The notes under the pieces are model-generated. The model saw nothing but the letters and a program-made list of their open reading frames with translations. It did not search any database and had not been told where the DNA came from. Positions 1-9,446 of a DNA stretch of 36,332 nt are shown here, piece by piece. Position numbers and translations under genes: made by a program. The stretch lies in NCBI GenBank assembly GCA_001817215.1, contig MHHX01000007.1, positions 24,244-60,575 of the forward strand, in the 5' to 3' direction. This stretch comes from Candidatus Brennerbacteria bacterium RIFOXYC1_FULL_41_11. GTDB taxonomy: Bacteria; Patescibacteriota; Minisyncoccia; UBA6257; Brennerbacteraceae. Every line of letters begins with the position of its first letter. The stretch's first letter is position 1.

Positions 1-165
1 AAAACAGGAAAGGAAGCAAACATGGCGGGTTTCGGATCTTTCAAGTTAGTTCAAAGAAAGGCCCGTTCCGGAGTCAATCCAAAAACCGGGGAGAGAATTC
101 ATATCCCGGCAACTCAGGTGCCGAAGTTCAAACCAGCAAAGGTTTTCAAAGAAACAGTAAAGTAA
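1..165 (+). CDS. hup: HU family DNA-binding protein, C-terminal part (5' end outside window)
   Basis: Frame 1 reads KTGKEANMAGFGSFKLVQRKARSGVNPKTGERIHIPATQVPKFKPAKVFKETVK*, which carries the HU/IHF GFGxF and RxGxNPxTG motifs. Not in the ORF track. Confidence 0.92.
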   Translation, partial: KTGKEANMAGFGSFKLVQRKARSGVNPKTGERIHIPATQVPKFKPAKVFKETVK

Positions 166-166
166 T

Positions 167-214
167 AAAAAACAAAATCGCCCAGAGTTGAGTCACGAGG
201 CGATTTTGTTTTTT
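167..214. terminator. Bidirectional intrinsic terminator between convergent hup and rpsA
   Basis: Inverted repeat aaaaaacaaaatcgcc ... ggcgattttgtttttt with A and T tracts on either side. Confidence 0.75.
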
Positions 215-227
215 GTATTTTTGATTT

Positions 228-1247
228 TTATTCTGCCAGGCCAAGGCTGATCTTTTTCTCTTTTTTGTCGATTTCAAGAATTTTGAACTGATAAGTGTTT
301 TCAACCGCGATCTCCTTGTCCTCACAGATGCCGAAGATGTAATCGTCAAGACCTACCAGGGCACCGAGCTGTGTTTGTTTGATGACCCGGCCGGGATAAG
401 CTTTCCCCTTTTTGTATTTTGATTCGATCTCATCCCAAGGATTTTGTTTGTACGGCTTGAGTGACAGAAATATTCTGCCATGGGCAATATTGATGATTTT
501 AGCCTTAGTTTTATCGCCAACTTTTAGGTATTGTGATGGATCGTCGACCAACTTGTGATCAATTTCTGAGATATGGATCAATCCTTCTAGGGTTGGTTCG
601 CCAAATTTAATAAATGCGCCGAATGGTGCTAGTCCGGTGATCTCGCCCTCAATCTCGCCTCCGACATTGTAGCTTGAAAGAAGGTCTTGAAGCTTCTCGC
701 TCTCGGCTTCTTTTTCGGAAAAGATCAGCTTGCCGTCTTGTTGATTGAAATCAAGGATTCTGACCTTTACTTCTTTACCGACAAGTTTTTTGAGTTCATC
801 AAGTATTCTGACCCTGTTTCCGCCCTCAACTCTTGGATAGTGTTCGGTCGCCAGTTGAGATACCGGCAAGAAACCTTCAATTCTTTCGAACTGCATTAAT
901 AATCCGCCTTGGTTGGCGCCGATAATATTTAAACTCAAAATCTCGCGCAGGTCTCTTGCCTGACGAATTTTTTCCCAACCAGCTTCTTTATCCGCTTGGT
1001 TCAGGGACAGTTCCCAAAAATTATTTTCATCGGTTGGACCAATGATTTTAACTGCGATCTCGTCCCCGGGGCTCAGATTTTTGATTTTGTCGGCAGAGAA
1101 AAGATATTCTCGGCCAAGAATAATACCGGTGCCGATATCGCCAAGGTCGATGAAAACCCGACGAGGTTCTTTTTTCAGAACCTGGCCCTGGGTGATTGCG
1201 CCGATATTGGCACGGCTTTTTTTGATGGCTTCAAGGATTTGCTGCAT
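228..1247 (-). CDS. rpsA: Ribosomal protein S1-like protein (about 4 S1 domains, short form)
   Basis: Repeated S1 motifs: GGLLMQFERIEGFLPVSQL, GEITGLAPFGAFIKF..EGLIHISEI, LSLKP...NPW. Confidence 0.85.
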   Translation of the reverse strand: MQQILEAIKKSRANIGAITQGQVLKKEPRRVFIDLGDIGTGIILGREYLFSADKIKNLSPGDEIAVKIIGPTDENNFWELSLNQADKEAGWEKIRQARDLREILSLNIIGANQGGLLMQFERIEGFLPVSQLATEHYPRVEGGNRVRILDELKKLVGKEVKVRILDFNQQDGKLIFSEKEAESEKLQDLLSSYNVGGEIEGEITGLAPFGAFIKFGEPTLEGLIHISEIDHKLVDDPSQYLKVGDKTKAKIINIAHGRIFLSLKPYKQNPWDEIESKYKKGKAYPGRVIKQTQLGALVGLDDYIFGICEDKEIAVENTYQFKILEIDKKEKKISLGLAE

Positions 1248-1316
1248 AGATTGCGATTTTTATAATATACTTGAAAGATCACTGATTTTCAACCCTTTTG
1301 GAACTTACTTATACTT

Positions 1317-3236
1317 ATGTCTCAAATATTATCCGAACTGAACGATTCTCAGAAATCAGCCGTTTTGAATCTTTCCGGGCCAATGATAATTGTTGCCGGT
1401 CCGGGTTCTGGCAAGACAAAAACCCTAACCCATAGAATTGCCTATCTTTTGGAGTCGGGAATTGAACCGGAAAAAATTCTGGGCCTGACATTCACCAATA
1501 AAGCCGCAGACGAGATGCGACGTCGGGTTTCTGATTTGGTACCAAGTTTTTTTTCTATTAAGAAAAATGAATCAGGGTTATTTCTTGGCACTTTTCACAG
1601 ATTGGCGGTGATGATTCTGCGTCGTGAAGCCGGCCATATTGGTTTTTCTCAAAATTTTTCAATCTACGACGAAGATGAAAGCCTCTCGGTGATGAAGGAA
1701 GCGGTCCTGGGCCTAAATCAGAATAATGATTCACCGAATGATCTTCTAAGAAAGATCTCTTTTTTGAAAAACCGAGGCGACCTGATGTTTGGAGAAACGG
1801 CTGTCGTTCCGGAAAAAATTCTCAATTATTTTGAGAGCTATCAGAAAATTTTGAAACAAAGATCAGCCTTTGATTTTGATGACCTGCTTTTGAAAGTGGT
1901 TGAGCTTTTTAAGAAAAACCCCGCGATTCTCGAGAAGTATCAGTTAAAATGGCAGCACGTTATGGTTGATGAATACCAGGATACAAATAAGCCTCAGTAT
2001 CTTTTGATAAAAATGCTTTCAGAAAAGCATCGTAACCTTTGCGTGATCGGTGATGACTGGCAGTCTATCTATGGCTTTCGGGCTGCGGATTTCAAGAATA
2101 TTTTGCGTTTTGAAAAAGACTGGGTTGATGCAAAGATATTTTTTCTCGAACAAAACTATCGTTCGACTCAGAATATCGTTGCGGCTTCCCAAGCGATGAT
2201 TTCGAAAAACATTTTTCGAACCGAAAAAAATCTTTTTACTAAAAACCCCCAAGGTGATCTGGTTTTTGTGATTAGGTTCGGCGATGGTTTTGAAGAGGCT
2301 CGCTGGATCAGAGAAAATATTTCTGAAGAGCTCAGAAACGGTGCCAAGTTATCTGACTTTGCGATCCTTTTCAGAACCAATCTTCAATCCCGAATTTTTG
2401 AAGAAACTTTTTTGAAATCCGGTATCCAGTATCAATTAGTCGGCGGATTCAAGTTTTATAAAAGAAGAGAGATTCAGGATTTGCAGAGCTACCTTCAACT
2501 AATCTTCAATCCCGATGATTTTCTGGCTTTCAAAAGAGCCTCCGGCGTGCCGCGCCGAGGCATCGGTGAAAAAACCTTGGCCGCCTTGGCTAAAGGGGAA
2601 GATGTTGCTTCAAATAAAGTTAAGGAATTCAAAAGATTAATTCTGACCTCGCGTGAGATTGTTAAAGAACTTAAACCTTCTGAGTTTTTGTTCTGGCTTT
2701 GCAAGGAAATAAAATATCAGACCCATCTTGAGCAAGAGGGCGAAACCGGCAAGGAAAGGTGGGAGAATGTTCTTGAGCTTATCGGTGCGGCCAAAGCCTT
2801 TGATACAGAAGAATCGCCTCGGGGCCTGGAAAGGTTTTTGGAAAACATCAAGCTTTTGCAGGATGCCGACAGTTATGAGAAAAGTTCTAATCGTTTGACA
2901 TTGATGACACTGCACTCTGCCAAGGGGCTTGAATTTCCGGTTGTTTTTATTGTCGGCCTTGAAGAAGGGATTTTGCCCCATGAGAGATCCTTAAAATCCC
3001 AGGAAGAGCTTGAAGAAGAACGTCGGCTGCTTTACGTTGGCATGACTCGTGCCAGGAAGAAGCTGTTTTTGTCTTTCGCTAATACCCGGTTTATTAAGGG
3101 TGAGTTTTGCGATCGGCCGGGGTCAAGGTTTCTGGACGATCTGCCGACTGAGAATATTAGTTTTATTGAACAAGACCTGCCCACCGGTGGGCAGGGGTTT
3201 GGGTTCGGCGAGGATCGAACAATTTATCTTGACTGA
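1317..3236 (+). CDS. pcrA: ATP-dependent DNA helicase PcrA/UvrD (SF1A)
   Basis: AGPGSGKT (motif I), TFTNKAA, DEYQD, GDDWQSIYGFR, LEQNYRS, TLHSAKGLEF, EERRLLYVGMTRA. Confidence 0.96.
   Translation: MSQILSELNDSQKSAVLNLSGPMIIVAGPGSGKTKTLTHRIAYLLESGIEPEKILGLTFTNKAADEMRRRVSDLVPSFFSIKKNESGLFLGTFHRLAVMILRREAGHIGFSQNFSIYDEDESLSVMKEAVLGLNQNNDSPNDLLRKISFLKNRGDLMFGETAVVPEKILNYFESYQKILKQRSAFDFDDLLLKVVELFKKNPAILEKYQLKWQHVMVDEYQDTNKPQYLLIKMLSEKHRNLCVIGDDWQSIYGFRAADFKNILRFEKDWVDAKIFFLEQNYRSTQNIVAASQAMISKNIFRTEKNLFTKNPQGDLVFVIRFGDGFEEARWIRENISEELRNGAKLSDFAILFRTNLQSRIFEETFLKSGIQYQLVGGFKFYKRREIQDLQSYLQLIFNPDDFLAFKRASGVPRRGIGEKTLAALAKGEDVASNKVKEFKRLILTSREIVKELKPSEFLFWLCKEIKYQTHLEQEGETGKERWENVLELIGAAKAFDTEESPRGLERFLENIKLLQDADSYEKSSNRLTLMTLHSAKGLEFPVVFIVGLEEGILPHERSLKSQEELEEERRLLYVGMTRARKKLFLSFANTRFIKGEFCDRPGSRFLDDLPTENISFIEQDLPTGGQGFGFGEDRTIYLD
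3176..3195. repeat. Perfect 20-bp palindrome (REP-like) inside the pcrA 3' end
   Basis: cctgcccacc|ggtgggcagg is its own reverse complement and encodes LPTGGQG in frame. Confidence 0.75.
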
Positions 3237-3265
3237 GCGCCGATTGATTTGCGTTTTTAATATTG

Positions 3266-3326
3266 CTGGGGAATTCATTTTTTTTCCGGAGTTTGAATCT
3301 TATCCGGAAAAAAATTAATTCTCCAG
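3266..3326. repeat. Long imperfect inverted repeat (about 24-bp arms, 12-nt loop)
   Basis: ctggggaattcattttttttccgga / tccggaaaaaaattaattctccag between pcrA and rsmA. Confidence 0.7.
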
Positions 3327-3380
3327 GGAGAAAGAAGTTTGTTTTATAATATAGGATTTATAAAGATATACATTATATAT

Positions 3381-4184
3381 ATGGGGTTTGCCGCAAAGAA
3401 AAAATTCGGACAGCATTTTTTGAAAAATATTTCTGTCGTCAAAAAAATCGTCAAAGCCTTGGAACTGGAACCCGACGAGGTTGTGTTTGAGATCGGGCCG
3501 GGCAAGGGGGTTTTGACGGCTGAACTTTTAAAGACTAAAGCCAGAGTCGTTGCCGTTGAAAAAGACAGGGATTTGATTCCGATTTTGCAAGAAAGGTTCG
3601 GCGATAATAAAAATTTTGAATTGATTAATTCCGACATTTTAGATTTTGATCCGCGACCGCTAATCATCAGCTACCAATCGTTAAGTTTCAAGGTTTGCGG
3701 TAACTTGCCGTTTTATATTTCCGGCATGATTTTGGAATTGATCCTTGAACGGTGGTGCGAGAAGCCAAGACTTGCTGTTTTTATGCTGCAAAAAGAGGTT
3801 TGTCAGAAGCTTTTGGCAAAATCTGGGAAAATGACGATTTTGGGAGTGATTAATCAACTGCTTGCTGATTTCAAGCTTTTGTTTTACGTTCCAAAAGAAA
3901 GTTTTTCCCCAAAACCAAAGGTTGATGCCGGGGTCTTGAAGATTGTGCCTAAAAAAACCGATATTTTTTACAAAAATTTAGGCTTGAAAGAATTTATCAA
4001 AGCTGGCTTTTCCCACCCAAGGAAGTTTTTATTGAACAATCTTTCGCAAAAAACAAGCTTTGACAAGGAAAAAATCAACCGAGCATTTTTAAAACTCAAA
4101 ATTTCAGAAAAACTTAGGCCCGAAGATCTTGAAAAGGAAATCTGGTCAAAACTTCACGGTTTTTTAGTTGAAAAACACTTGTAA
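3381..4184 (+). CDS. rsmA: 16S rRNA m6,2A dimethyltransferase RsmA/KsgA (start moved to ATG 3381)
   Basis: KKKFGQHFL, EIGPGKG (SAM binding), VEKD, GNLPFYI, MLQKEV, FSPKPKVD, RPEDL. Confidence 0.95.
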   Translation: MGFAAKKKFGQHFLKNISVVKKIVKALELEPDEVVFEIGPGKGVLTAELLKTKARVVAVEKDRDLIPILQERFGDNKNFELINSDILDFDPRPLIISYQSLSFKVCGNLPFYISGMILELILERWCEKPRLAVFMLQKEVCQKLLAKSGKMTILGVINQLLADFKLLFYVPKESFSPKPKVDAGVLKIVPKKTDIFYKNLGLKEFIKAGFSHPRKFLLNNLSQKTSFDKEKINRAFLKLKISEKLRPEDLEKEIWSKLHGFLVEKHL

Positions 4185-4226
4185 AACTTATTATTTGAGG
4201 GGTATACTATAAATGTTAATCTCTCG

Positions 4227-5036
4227 ATGAAAAATACTCTTTTTTTGATACTAAAATCAGTCGGGGTCCTTTCGGCGTTGTCAATCTCGGCGTTTTTCTT
4301 TTCTTTTTCTTCTATTTGGGACTTGGATTTTTCTTCTCTTGGTTTGAAAAAGGACGAGATTGAAGATCCAAGAAAAATTTTCGGTCAAGGTAAAATCGAG
4401 CTGTCTGCGGAAAAGATCTTCGGCAATAATATCACCGAGCGCCTCGCCGTTGTTGGAACAAATTATTTAATGGCAAAGTTTCCCGGTGGTCCAAAAACAT
4501 TTTCCAGTTCTTCAATCGACTATATTGATCGAGTAAAAATAAATCTTCTTGGTCAGGGTGAAGTTGAAAAAATCATTGATAATGAGTTAAGAATCTATTC
4601 GAAAGAGGAACTAAGCATTATCCCGGACACCACGAGTAATATCACCCGGTACTTGAACGGCGTTTTTGTTATTTCCGGTCGTTATCTTAAATCGTTTCGG
4701 GGGCTTGACGTGGAAATGTTGGTTTATCAGGCTGATGTTAATGATGACCATGAATCAAGGAAAAAGGTCATGGAGTTTATTGATAACTCTAAACTTGCCC
4801 TGGATGAGTTTGTTTTATTGTCGGTGCCGGAATCCTGGGTTGTTTATCATCTTGGCGTCATGAATTTATTGTCCGAGTCGCGGTACACAGCTTTGGCCTA
4901 TCTGCTTTTTAAAGACGACCCAGTCAGGGGCAGACTGGCTTTTGATAGTTACGAAGATCTATCTTACCGTATCCTTGCTTTTAACCAGGATTTTTCCAAA
5001 AAATACCAAGAGTTTGTAAAAACCATCAAGTTTTAG
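4227..5036 (+). CDS. Membrane-anchored hypothetical protein, first gene of the T4SS-like locus
   Basis: N-terminal hydrophobic helix followed by a helical soluble domain. Upstream TTGTAA..TATACT promoter-like sequence. Confidence 0.7.
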   Translation: MKNTLFLILKSVGVLSALSISAFFFSFSSIWDLDFSSLGLKKDEIEDPRKIFGQGKIELSAEKIFGNNITERLAVVGTNYLMAKFPGGPKTFSSSSIDYIDRVKINLLGQGEVEKIIDNELRIYSKEELSIIPDTTSNITRYLNGVFVISGRYLKSFRGLDVEMLVYQADVNDDHESRKKVMEFIDNSKLALDEFVLLSVPESWVVYHLGVMNLLSESRYTALAYLLFKDDPVRGRLAFDSYEDLSYRILAFNQDFSKKYQEFVKTIKF

Positions 5037-5044
5037 TTTTAAAA

Positions 5045-5149
5045 ATGAAAAATATTTTTAATCAAAAAATATTGAAAACAGGTTTCTGGACGGTTCTGGC
5101 AGTGGTTTACGTCCTGATTTTTATTAAATTGCTTGTGATTGGAAAATGA
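5045..5149 (+). CDS. Small single-TM protein (34 aa), not in ORF track
   Basis: MKNIFNQKILKTGFWTVLAVVYVLIFIKLLVIGK*. Fills the whole intergenic gap, and its TGA overlaps the next ATG (ATGA at 5146-5149). Confidence 0.55.
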   Translation: MKNIFNQKILKTGFWTVLAVVYVLIFIKLLVIGK

Positions 5150-7254
5150 AAATCCGTTTAGCACATTTTCGAGATCAATCACTCTCTTTTCAGATGGTCT
5201 TCGCCCTGGCGGTTATTTTTTCAGCAATACTCCCGGTTCTTGTTTTCGCCGAATTGATATTGCCGCCTCCACCGGGATGGACAGCCTGTGATAAAGATCC
5301 TGGTTCTGCTGAGTGCCTGGAATTTTGCACCACTGCTTTAGGACAGGCGCACCCTAAATGTCCTGATCATCCGATAAACGACGCAGAATGTTGGGTTGGT
5401 CTAAAGGACAATAATGGTGATACTCTGTGTCCTTCGATTCCAATTCCCATGCCAGTGATTGGCTGGTATCCGGGAAAGCTTCCGGTTCGGGTTGCTTCTG
5501 ATCCAGAGGCATATGCGGGTGAAGGCGTTTGGGTTTGGAATACTGGCGGAGTAGAAGGCAAAGACAAGGAAGGCGGTGTCTATGTTTTCAACAAAGAAGC
5601 CGAACCGTTGTGGACAAGGTGCTGGCATCCGGAAAAACAGTGCACATATTTTATTGAGTTGTCTGAAAATGAAAAAGTTAGGGTCGGCGATATATTGTCA
5701 AACTCTGATCTTTACATGCAGAATATGCTGAATATTTTTACCGAAGAATGTCCGACTTACGCGAAGATTGCCGGTGTGAAAATAATCTCCGATGTTAAAG
5801 ATCCATCAAAGCCGCCAGAAGTCGAGATTGCGGAAAACATTGACGAGTCGTCATGTAAAAATATCATCGATTCGTGGGATACGGTTTTGGTTGATAAGAC
5901 AAAAGCCGTCAAGATGTCTTTGTCAGAAGCCCTGGAAGATGTGCCTTTTGATTTTTTTGACGCGTTTATGAAAAGAGATTTGATTGATCAGGTGAATAAC
6001 GATGCCTACTATGAAGAAGATCCCGAAGCTGTCAGGCCACAGTCATATCTCTACAGTGCCATTGGCGGAACTTTTGTTGAACCGAACACAAGTTTTCTCG
6101 GATTTTTGCGAAGAGCGACTCGGCCAATGTCAAAAGCACAGCTGGCCCTGTTAATTGATTCTTACGCCAAGAACGAACAAAGAAAAGCCGAAAGCGCGTT
6201 GCTTGAAGAGGTGCGTCAAGGCAAAGGTCTGTTTTCCAAGTATGAGATTTCTTCAGTTTCTACGGTTGATACGGCCACTGGAAAAGAAGATCATCCGGCC
6301 AGGTTCACCGCCTCTCTTCCTTCCGGAGTTGGTTTTGGTGACATGATGGCGGTCAGACAGTCTGCGCTGGATGTTTTCGTTAATACTCAATATTATCATG
6401 ATGAGATTCAGCCTCAGTTGTTTCCTCAGCTCGATCCCGGTGATAATCGTTGGAAAGGCGGTCCGCCCCAGCTTAATTCTTTGATGAACACAACCATGTC
6501 GGGTGGGTCTGGCATATATTCCGGCGGTGGCGGTGCGGGCGTGCCATTACCTTCACCGAAGCCCAATGATGCGACTTGCGAAATCAGTCTTTCTGATGCC
6601 AGTATTTTAATGGGTTTGAACGAGAGGAGGAGCTATCTTTTCAGTATTGATGTCGAAAGAAATAATGGCGGCGGTTCAAAAAACGACATTGATAAAATCG
6701 AGATTTTTTTCTTTGATACAACCTTGGCTTCGGCTTCGCCGTCGGTACTGCACGCGAATAATGCTAGTGGCACCCGTGACTTCATCCTTGACGTCCTTTC
6801 CAAAAAATCCGGCGCGACTGATGTGAATATTGTCGCCACCTTAAAGGATGGAGTCGGTGGCAGGGAGTGTTCGGCTGGCTTTGATCTGGAAGTGCTTAAT
6901 TTTGAGAGAAAGAAATGCAGTTCGCCGAAGTGCAAACTTCCGCTCACGATTCCGGATCCCGACCTGACACTTTATACTTGCGTCGGTATTCCTGATGACG
7001 GGCAGAATAACGATTGCACTTCAATGAACTCAAACTGCAAACAGGAGTGGTGTGTCGATATTGGTGATACCAACGGTGACGGCTTTGATGCTCTTTGTTA
7101 TGATTCTTGCGATGCCAGTCGTCAATCAAGCTGCCGCGCCGCTGGCTATATTTGTCAGGCATCCGGATCTTTGACAAAACCGCACAAGCAGTTTGGTTCG
7201 ATCGAGGTCATGAAACAAACCTTGAATCCGTTTTTAAAACTCTTTAGTCTCTAA
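5146..7254 (+). CDS. Large exported Cys-rich protein upstream of the virB6-like gene
   Basis: Signal or TM segment, Cys-rich N- and C-terminal regions, Gly/Pro linker, beta-rich Ig-like segment, DIGDTNGDGFD Ca-loop-like motif. Stop overlaps the next start (TAATG). Confidence 0.75.
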   Translation: MKIRLAHFRDQSLSFQMVFALAVIFSAILPVLVFAELILPPPPGWTACDKDPGSAECLEFCTTALGQAHPKCPDHPINDAECWVGLKDNNGDTLCPSIPIPMPVIGWYPGKLPVRVASDPEAYAGEGVWVWNTGGVEGKDKEGGVYVFNKEAEPLWTRCWHPEKQCTYFIELSENEKVRVGDILSNSDLYMQNMLNIFTEECPTYAKIAGVKIISDVKDPSKPPEVEIAENIDESSCKNIIDSWDTVLVDKTKAVKMSLSEALEDVPFDFFDAFMKRDLIDQVNNDAYYEEDPEAVRPQSYLYSAIGGTFVEPNTSFLGFLRRATRPMSKAQLALLIDSYAKNEQRKAESALLEEVRQGKGLFSKYEISSVSTVDTATGKEDHPARFTASLPSGVGFGDMMAVRQSALDVFVNTQYYHDEIQPQLFPQLDPGDNRWKGGPPQLNSLMNTTMSGGSGIYSGGGGAGVPLPSPKPNDATCEISLSDASILMGLNERRSYLFSIDVERNNGGGSKNDIDKIEIFFFDTTLASASPSVLHANNASGTRDFILDVLSKKSGATDVNIVATLKDGVGGRECSAGFDLEVLNFERKKCSSPKCKLPLTIPDPDLTLYTCVGIPDDGQNNDCTSMNSNCKQEWCVDIGDTNGDGFDALCYDSCDASRQSSCRAAGYICQASGSLTKPHKQFGSIEVMKQTLNPFLKLFSL

Positions 7255-9434
7255 TGAAAAAAATCTTAAAAACACTTCTTTTATTTTTTACCTTGTTTTC
7301 AATGGTTTTTTCTTGGCAGGTAAGCCCCGTTTTCAGTAGAGGTGGCGTGGACAGTGAAGAGGATAAAATGCCGTGGCTGCAGGCTTTTGAAACGTGTCCT
7401 ATTGGTACGCCCACGAGTCTTTGTTTAGCAATCAAAGCCGCGGCATCGGGTTGGATATCGTATGAGAAAATAGGCGTAGCAATCGATAACGTAGAAAAAG
7501 CTATCGAGGATGTAGGAAATTTGATGAGCCTGTCGGTTTCGGACATTATCAGGGACATTATTGCTTGGATAGCTAGTCTTGTCGGCAATATAGTGAGCAA
7601 GATGATTTATTTGGCGGTGTTTTTGATGAGTCCTGATACTTTTCAATATGCGACTTTTCCTGCGGTTCAAGCCGGATTTTATGTTTCTCTGCAAATAGCT
7701 AATGCCATGTTGGCTATTGGCATGGTGATCCTGGCGAATAAATTCATTCTTGGCATGGAAAGTTACGGCAATCTAAAGAGCCTGACAAGATATTTAGTGA
7801 CTGCAATCCTGATTAATTTCAGCTTAGCTTTTGCTTCTTACGGTGTCGGCATTTCCAATTTCATGACAATTGCTTTTCTCGATGGGGCGGCTAATTTCGG
7901 CGAAAACTCGTCCGGATCTTTTAATGGGACAGCATCTTTAAGTTATGAAGAAAGACAAAATTCAATTATGGATAAATTTTCCGACACTTTCAGTCAGTTG
8001 GCCGCTGACAAGGGCGATTCTAAGGCGGATGTGGCGGCGAATATAGCCACCCTATTCACGTTCATCATTTTTTCTTTGTTTTTTATTGTACTTTTAGCGG
8101 CCATTGCAGTTTCTTTGGTTATGCGAGTGATCGGGCTTTGGGCCTTGATGATGGTTGTGCCCCTGGCAATTGCCGCAGACACTGTTTTCAGTGACATGGA
8201 TTTGCCCGGTGTTCCGATTGGCTCTGGAAATTTTAAAAAATGGAAGGATTCTTTTATAAAATATTTGAGTTTTGCGCCGATCATGGCCGGAGTGATTTTT
8301 TTCGTGTTTCTTGTTATGGGCCAGTTTGAAAAGGGTGCCTTCGCTATCAGCGAATATGATCCTAATACGAGTATGTTGATGGCAAGTTTTGGCGAAACTC
8401 TCGGACTTATTGTTGCTTTAGTTTTGCTTTATAAAGGCTACGAATTTGCCAATTCGAGTTCAAGCGCGGTGCCGAAGTTTATGGACAGTGCGGTCAAAGG
8501 AGTTATTAACTATCCTGCAAAGGCTGGACAGTCGGTGAAGAGGAGCGCGACAAAGTTTGGTTATGGCTTTGCGGATTCTGATATCGGCAGGGGTCTTCAG
8601 AGAGCGCTTATTAACGTTCCAGTCCTGTCTCGTTATAGTCAGTATCTTGGCAAAAAAGGAGTAGAGGGTGAGCGGTTAAGGAAAGAAGACGTTGATAATA
8701 TAAAGGGTCAGTATGAACATATGTATTCAATGGCGAAGAATGATAAAGAAAGACAACGAGTTATTGATAAAGCTATGTACGCCGGTTCTGGGCCGCTCTT
8801 TGGCCCATTGAAAGGGAGTTTTGATCCGGCTAAACACGGTGGTGCCTTGGAATTTCTGGGGAACAATGATGACGGCAAGGAAGCTTTGGCAAAACAAATT
8901 GCAGAAAGGTCAAAAAACACCAAGGATGTTGATTCAAGGATTGAGCGTATGCAAAACTTCGGCGCCAAGAATGGTATCAAGATTAAAATTGATGCCAATG
9001 ATGTTTATCGAGCCAACCCTGTTTTGGCTGGTGACAAAATAGGCGGTTTCGCTAGAAATATGACGCCCGAGGATCTCGCAAAACTAAACGCCGAGGTTCT
9101 GAAGCAAGTAATACCGCATGTTTCCAGTGCCTCAACTCTTAAGAATGTGGTTGACAAGGTTTCTGGTGATTCAATAAAGTCCGCCGCCATTTTTGATAAT
9201 CTTTACTCAAGAATTAATGAAAGTAACGAGTTATCCAAAACTTGGGCTAAGGACGGGACAATAACTTACTGGTTGGAACGCCAGTCGAAAGAAAATTCAC
9301 AGGCAGGGGAGATTTTGGATAAGTTGCGTACAGTTTCTGCCGAGAGTCCGAAAGAGAAGAAACCCCGTGGTACGATCTTGAACAAAAAAGAATCCGAGGA
9401 GTCTCTAAGCAGATTAGAGAATTTTGGAAAGTAA
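7254..9434 (+). CDS. VirB6/TrbL-like polytopic T4SS membrane protein with long soluble C-terminus
   Basis: Several TM helices with motifs AILINFSLAFA and RVIGLWALMMVVPLA..KWKDSFIKYLSFAPI, typical of VirB6/TrbL-like proteins. Context with PrgI and VirB4. Confidence 0.7.
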   Translation: MKKILKTLLLFFTLFSMVFSWQVSPVFSRGGVDSEEDKMPWLQAFETCPIGTPTSLCLAIKAAASGWISYEKIGVAIDNVEKAIEDVGNLMSLSVSDIIRDIIAWIASLVGNIVSKMIYLAVFLMSPDTFQYATFPAVQAGFYVSLQIANAMLAIGMVILANKFILGMESYGNLKSLTRYLVTAILINFSLAFASYGVGISNFMTIAFLDGAANFGENSSGSFNGTASLSYEERQNSIMDKFSDTFSQLAADKGDSKADVAANIATLFTFIIFSLFFIVLLAAIAVSLVMRVIGLWALMMVVPLAIAADTVFSDMDLPGVPIGSGNFKKWKDSFIKYLSFAPIMAGVIFFVFLVMGQFEKGAFAISEYDPNTSMLMASFGETLGLIVALVLLYKGYEFANSSSSAVPKFMDSAVKGVINYPAKAGQSVKRSATKFGYGFADSDIGRGLQRALINVPVLSRYSQYLGKKGVEGERLRKEDVDNIKGQYEHMYSMAKNDKERQRVIDKAMYAGSGPLFGPLKGSFDPAKHGGALEFLGNNDDGKEALAKQIAERSKNTKDVDSRIERMQNFGAKNGIKIKIDANDVYRANPVLAGDKIGGFARNMTPEDLAKLNAEVLKQVIPHVSSASTLKNVVDKVSGDSIKSAAIFDNLYSRINESNELSKTWAKDGTITYWLERQSKENSQAGEILDKLRTVSAESPKEKKPRGTILNKKESEESLSRLENFGK

Positions 9435-9446
9435 TTTTTGCAATAA

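Noticed and set aside
3651-3685. Degenerate heptamer insertion in rsmA (PRPLIISYQSL)
   Set aside because: Periodicity is too weak to support without an ortholog alignment.
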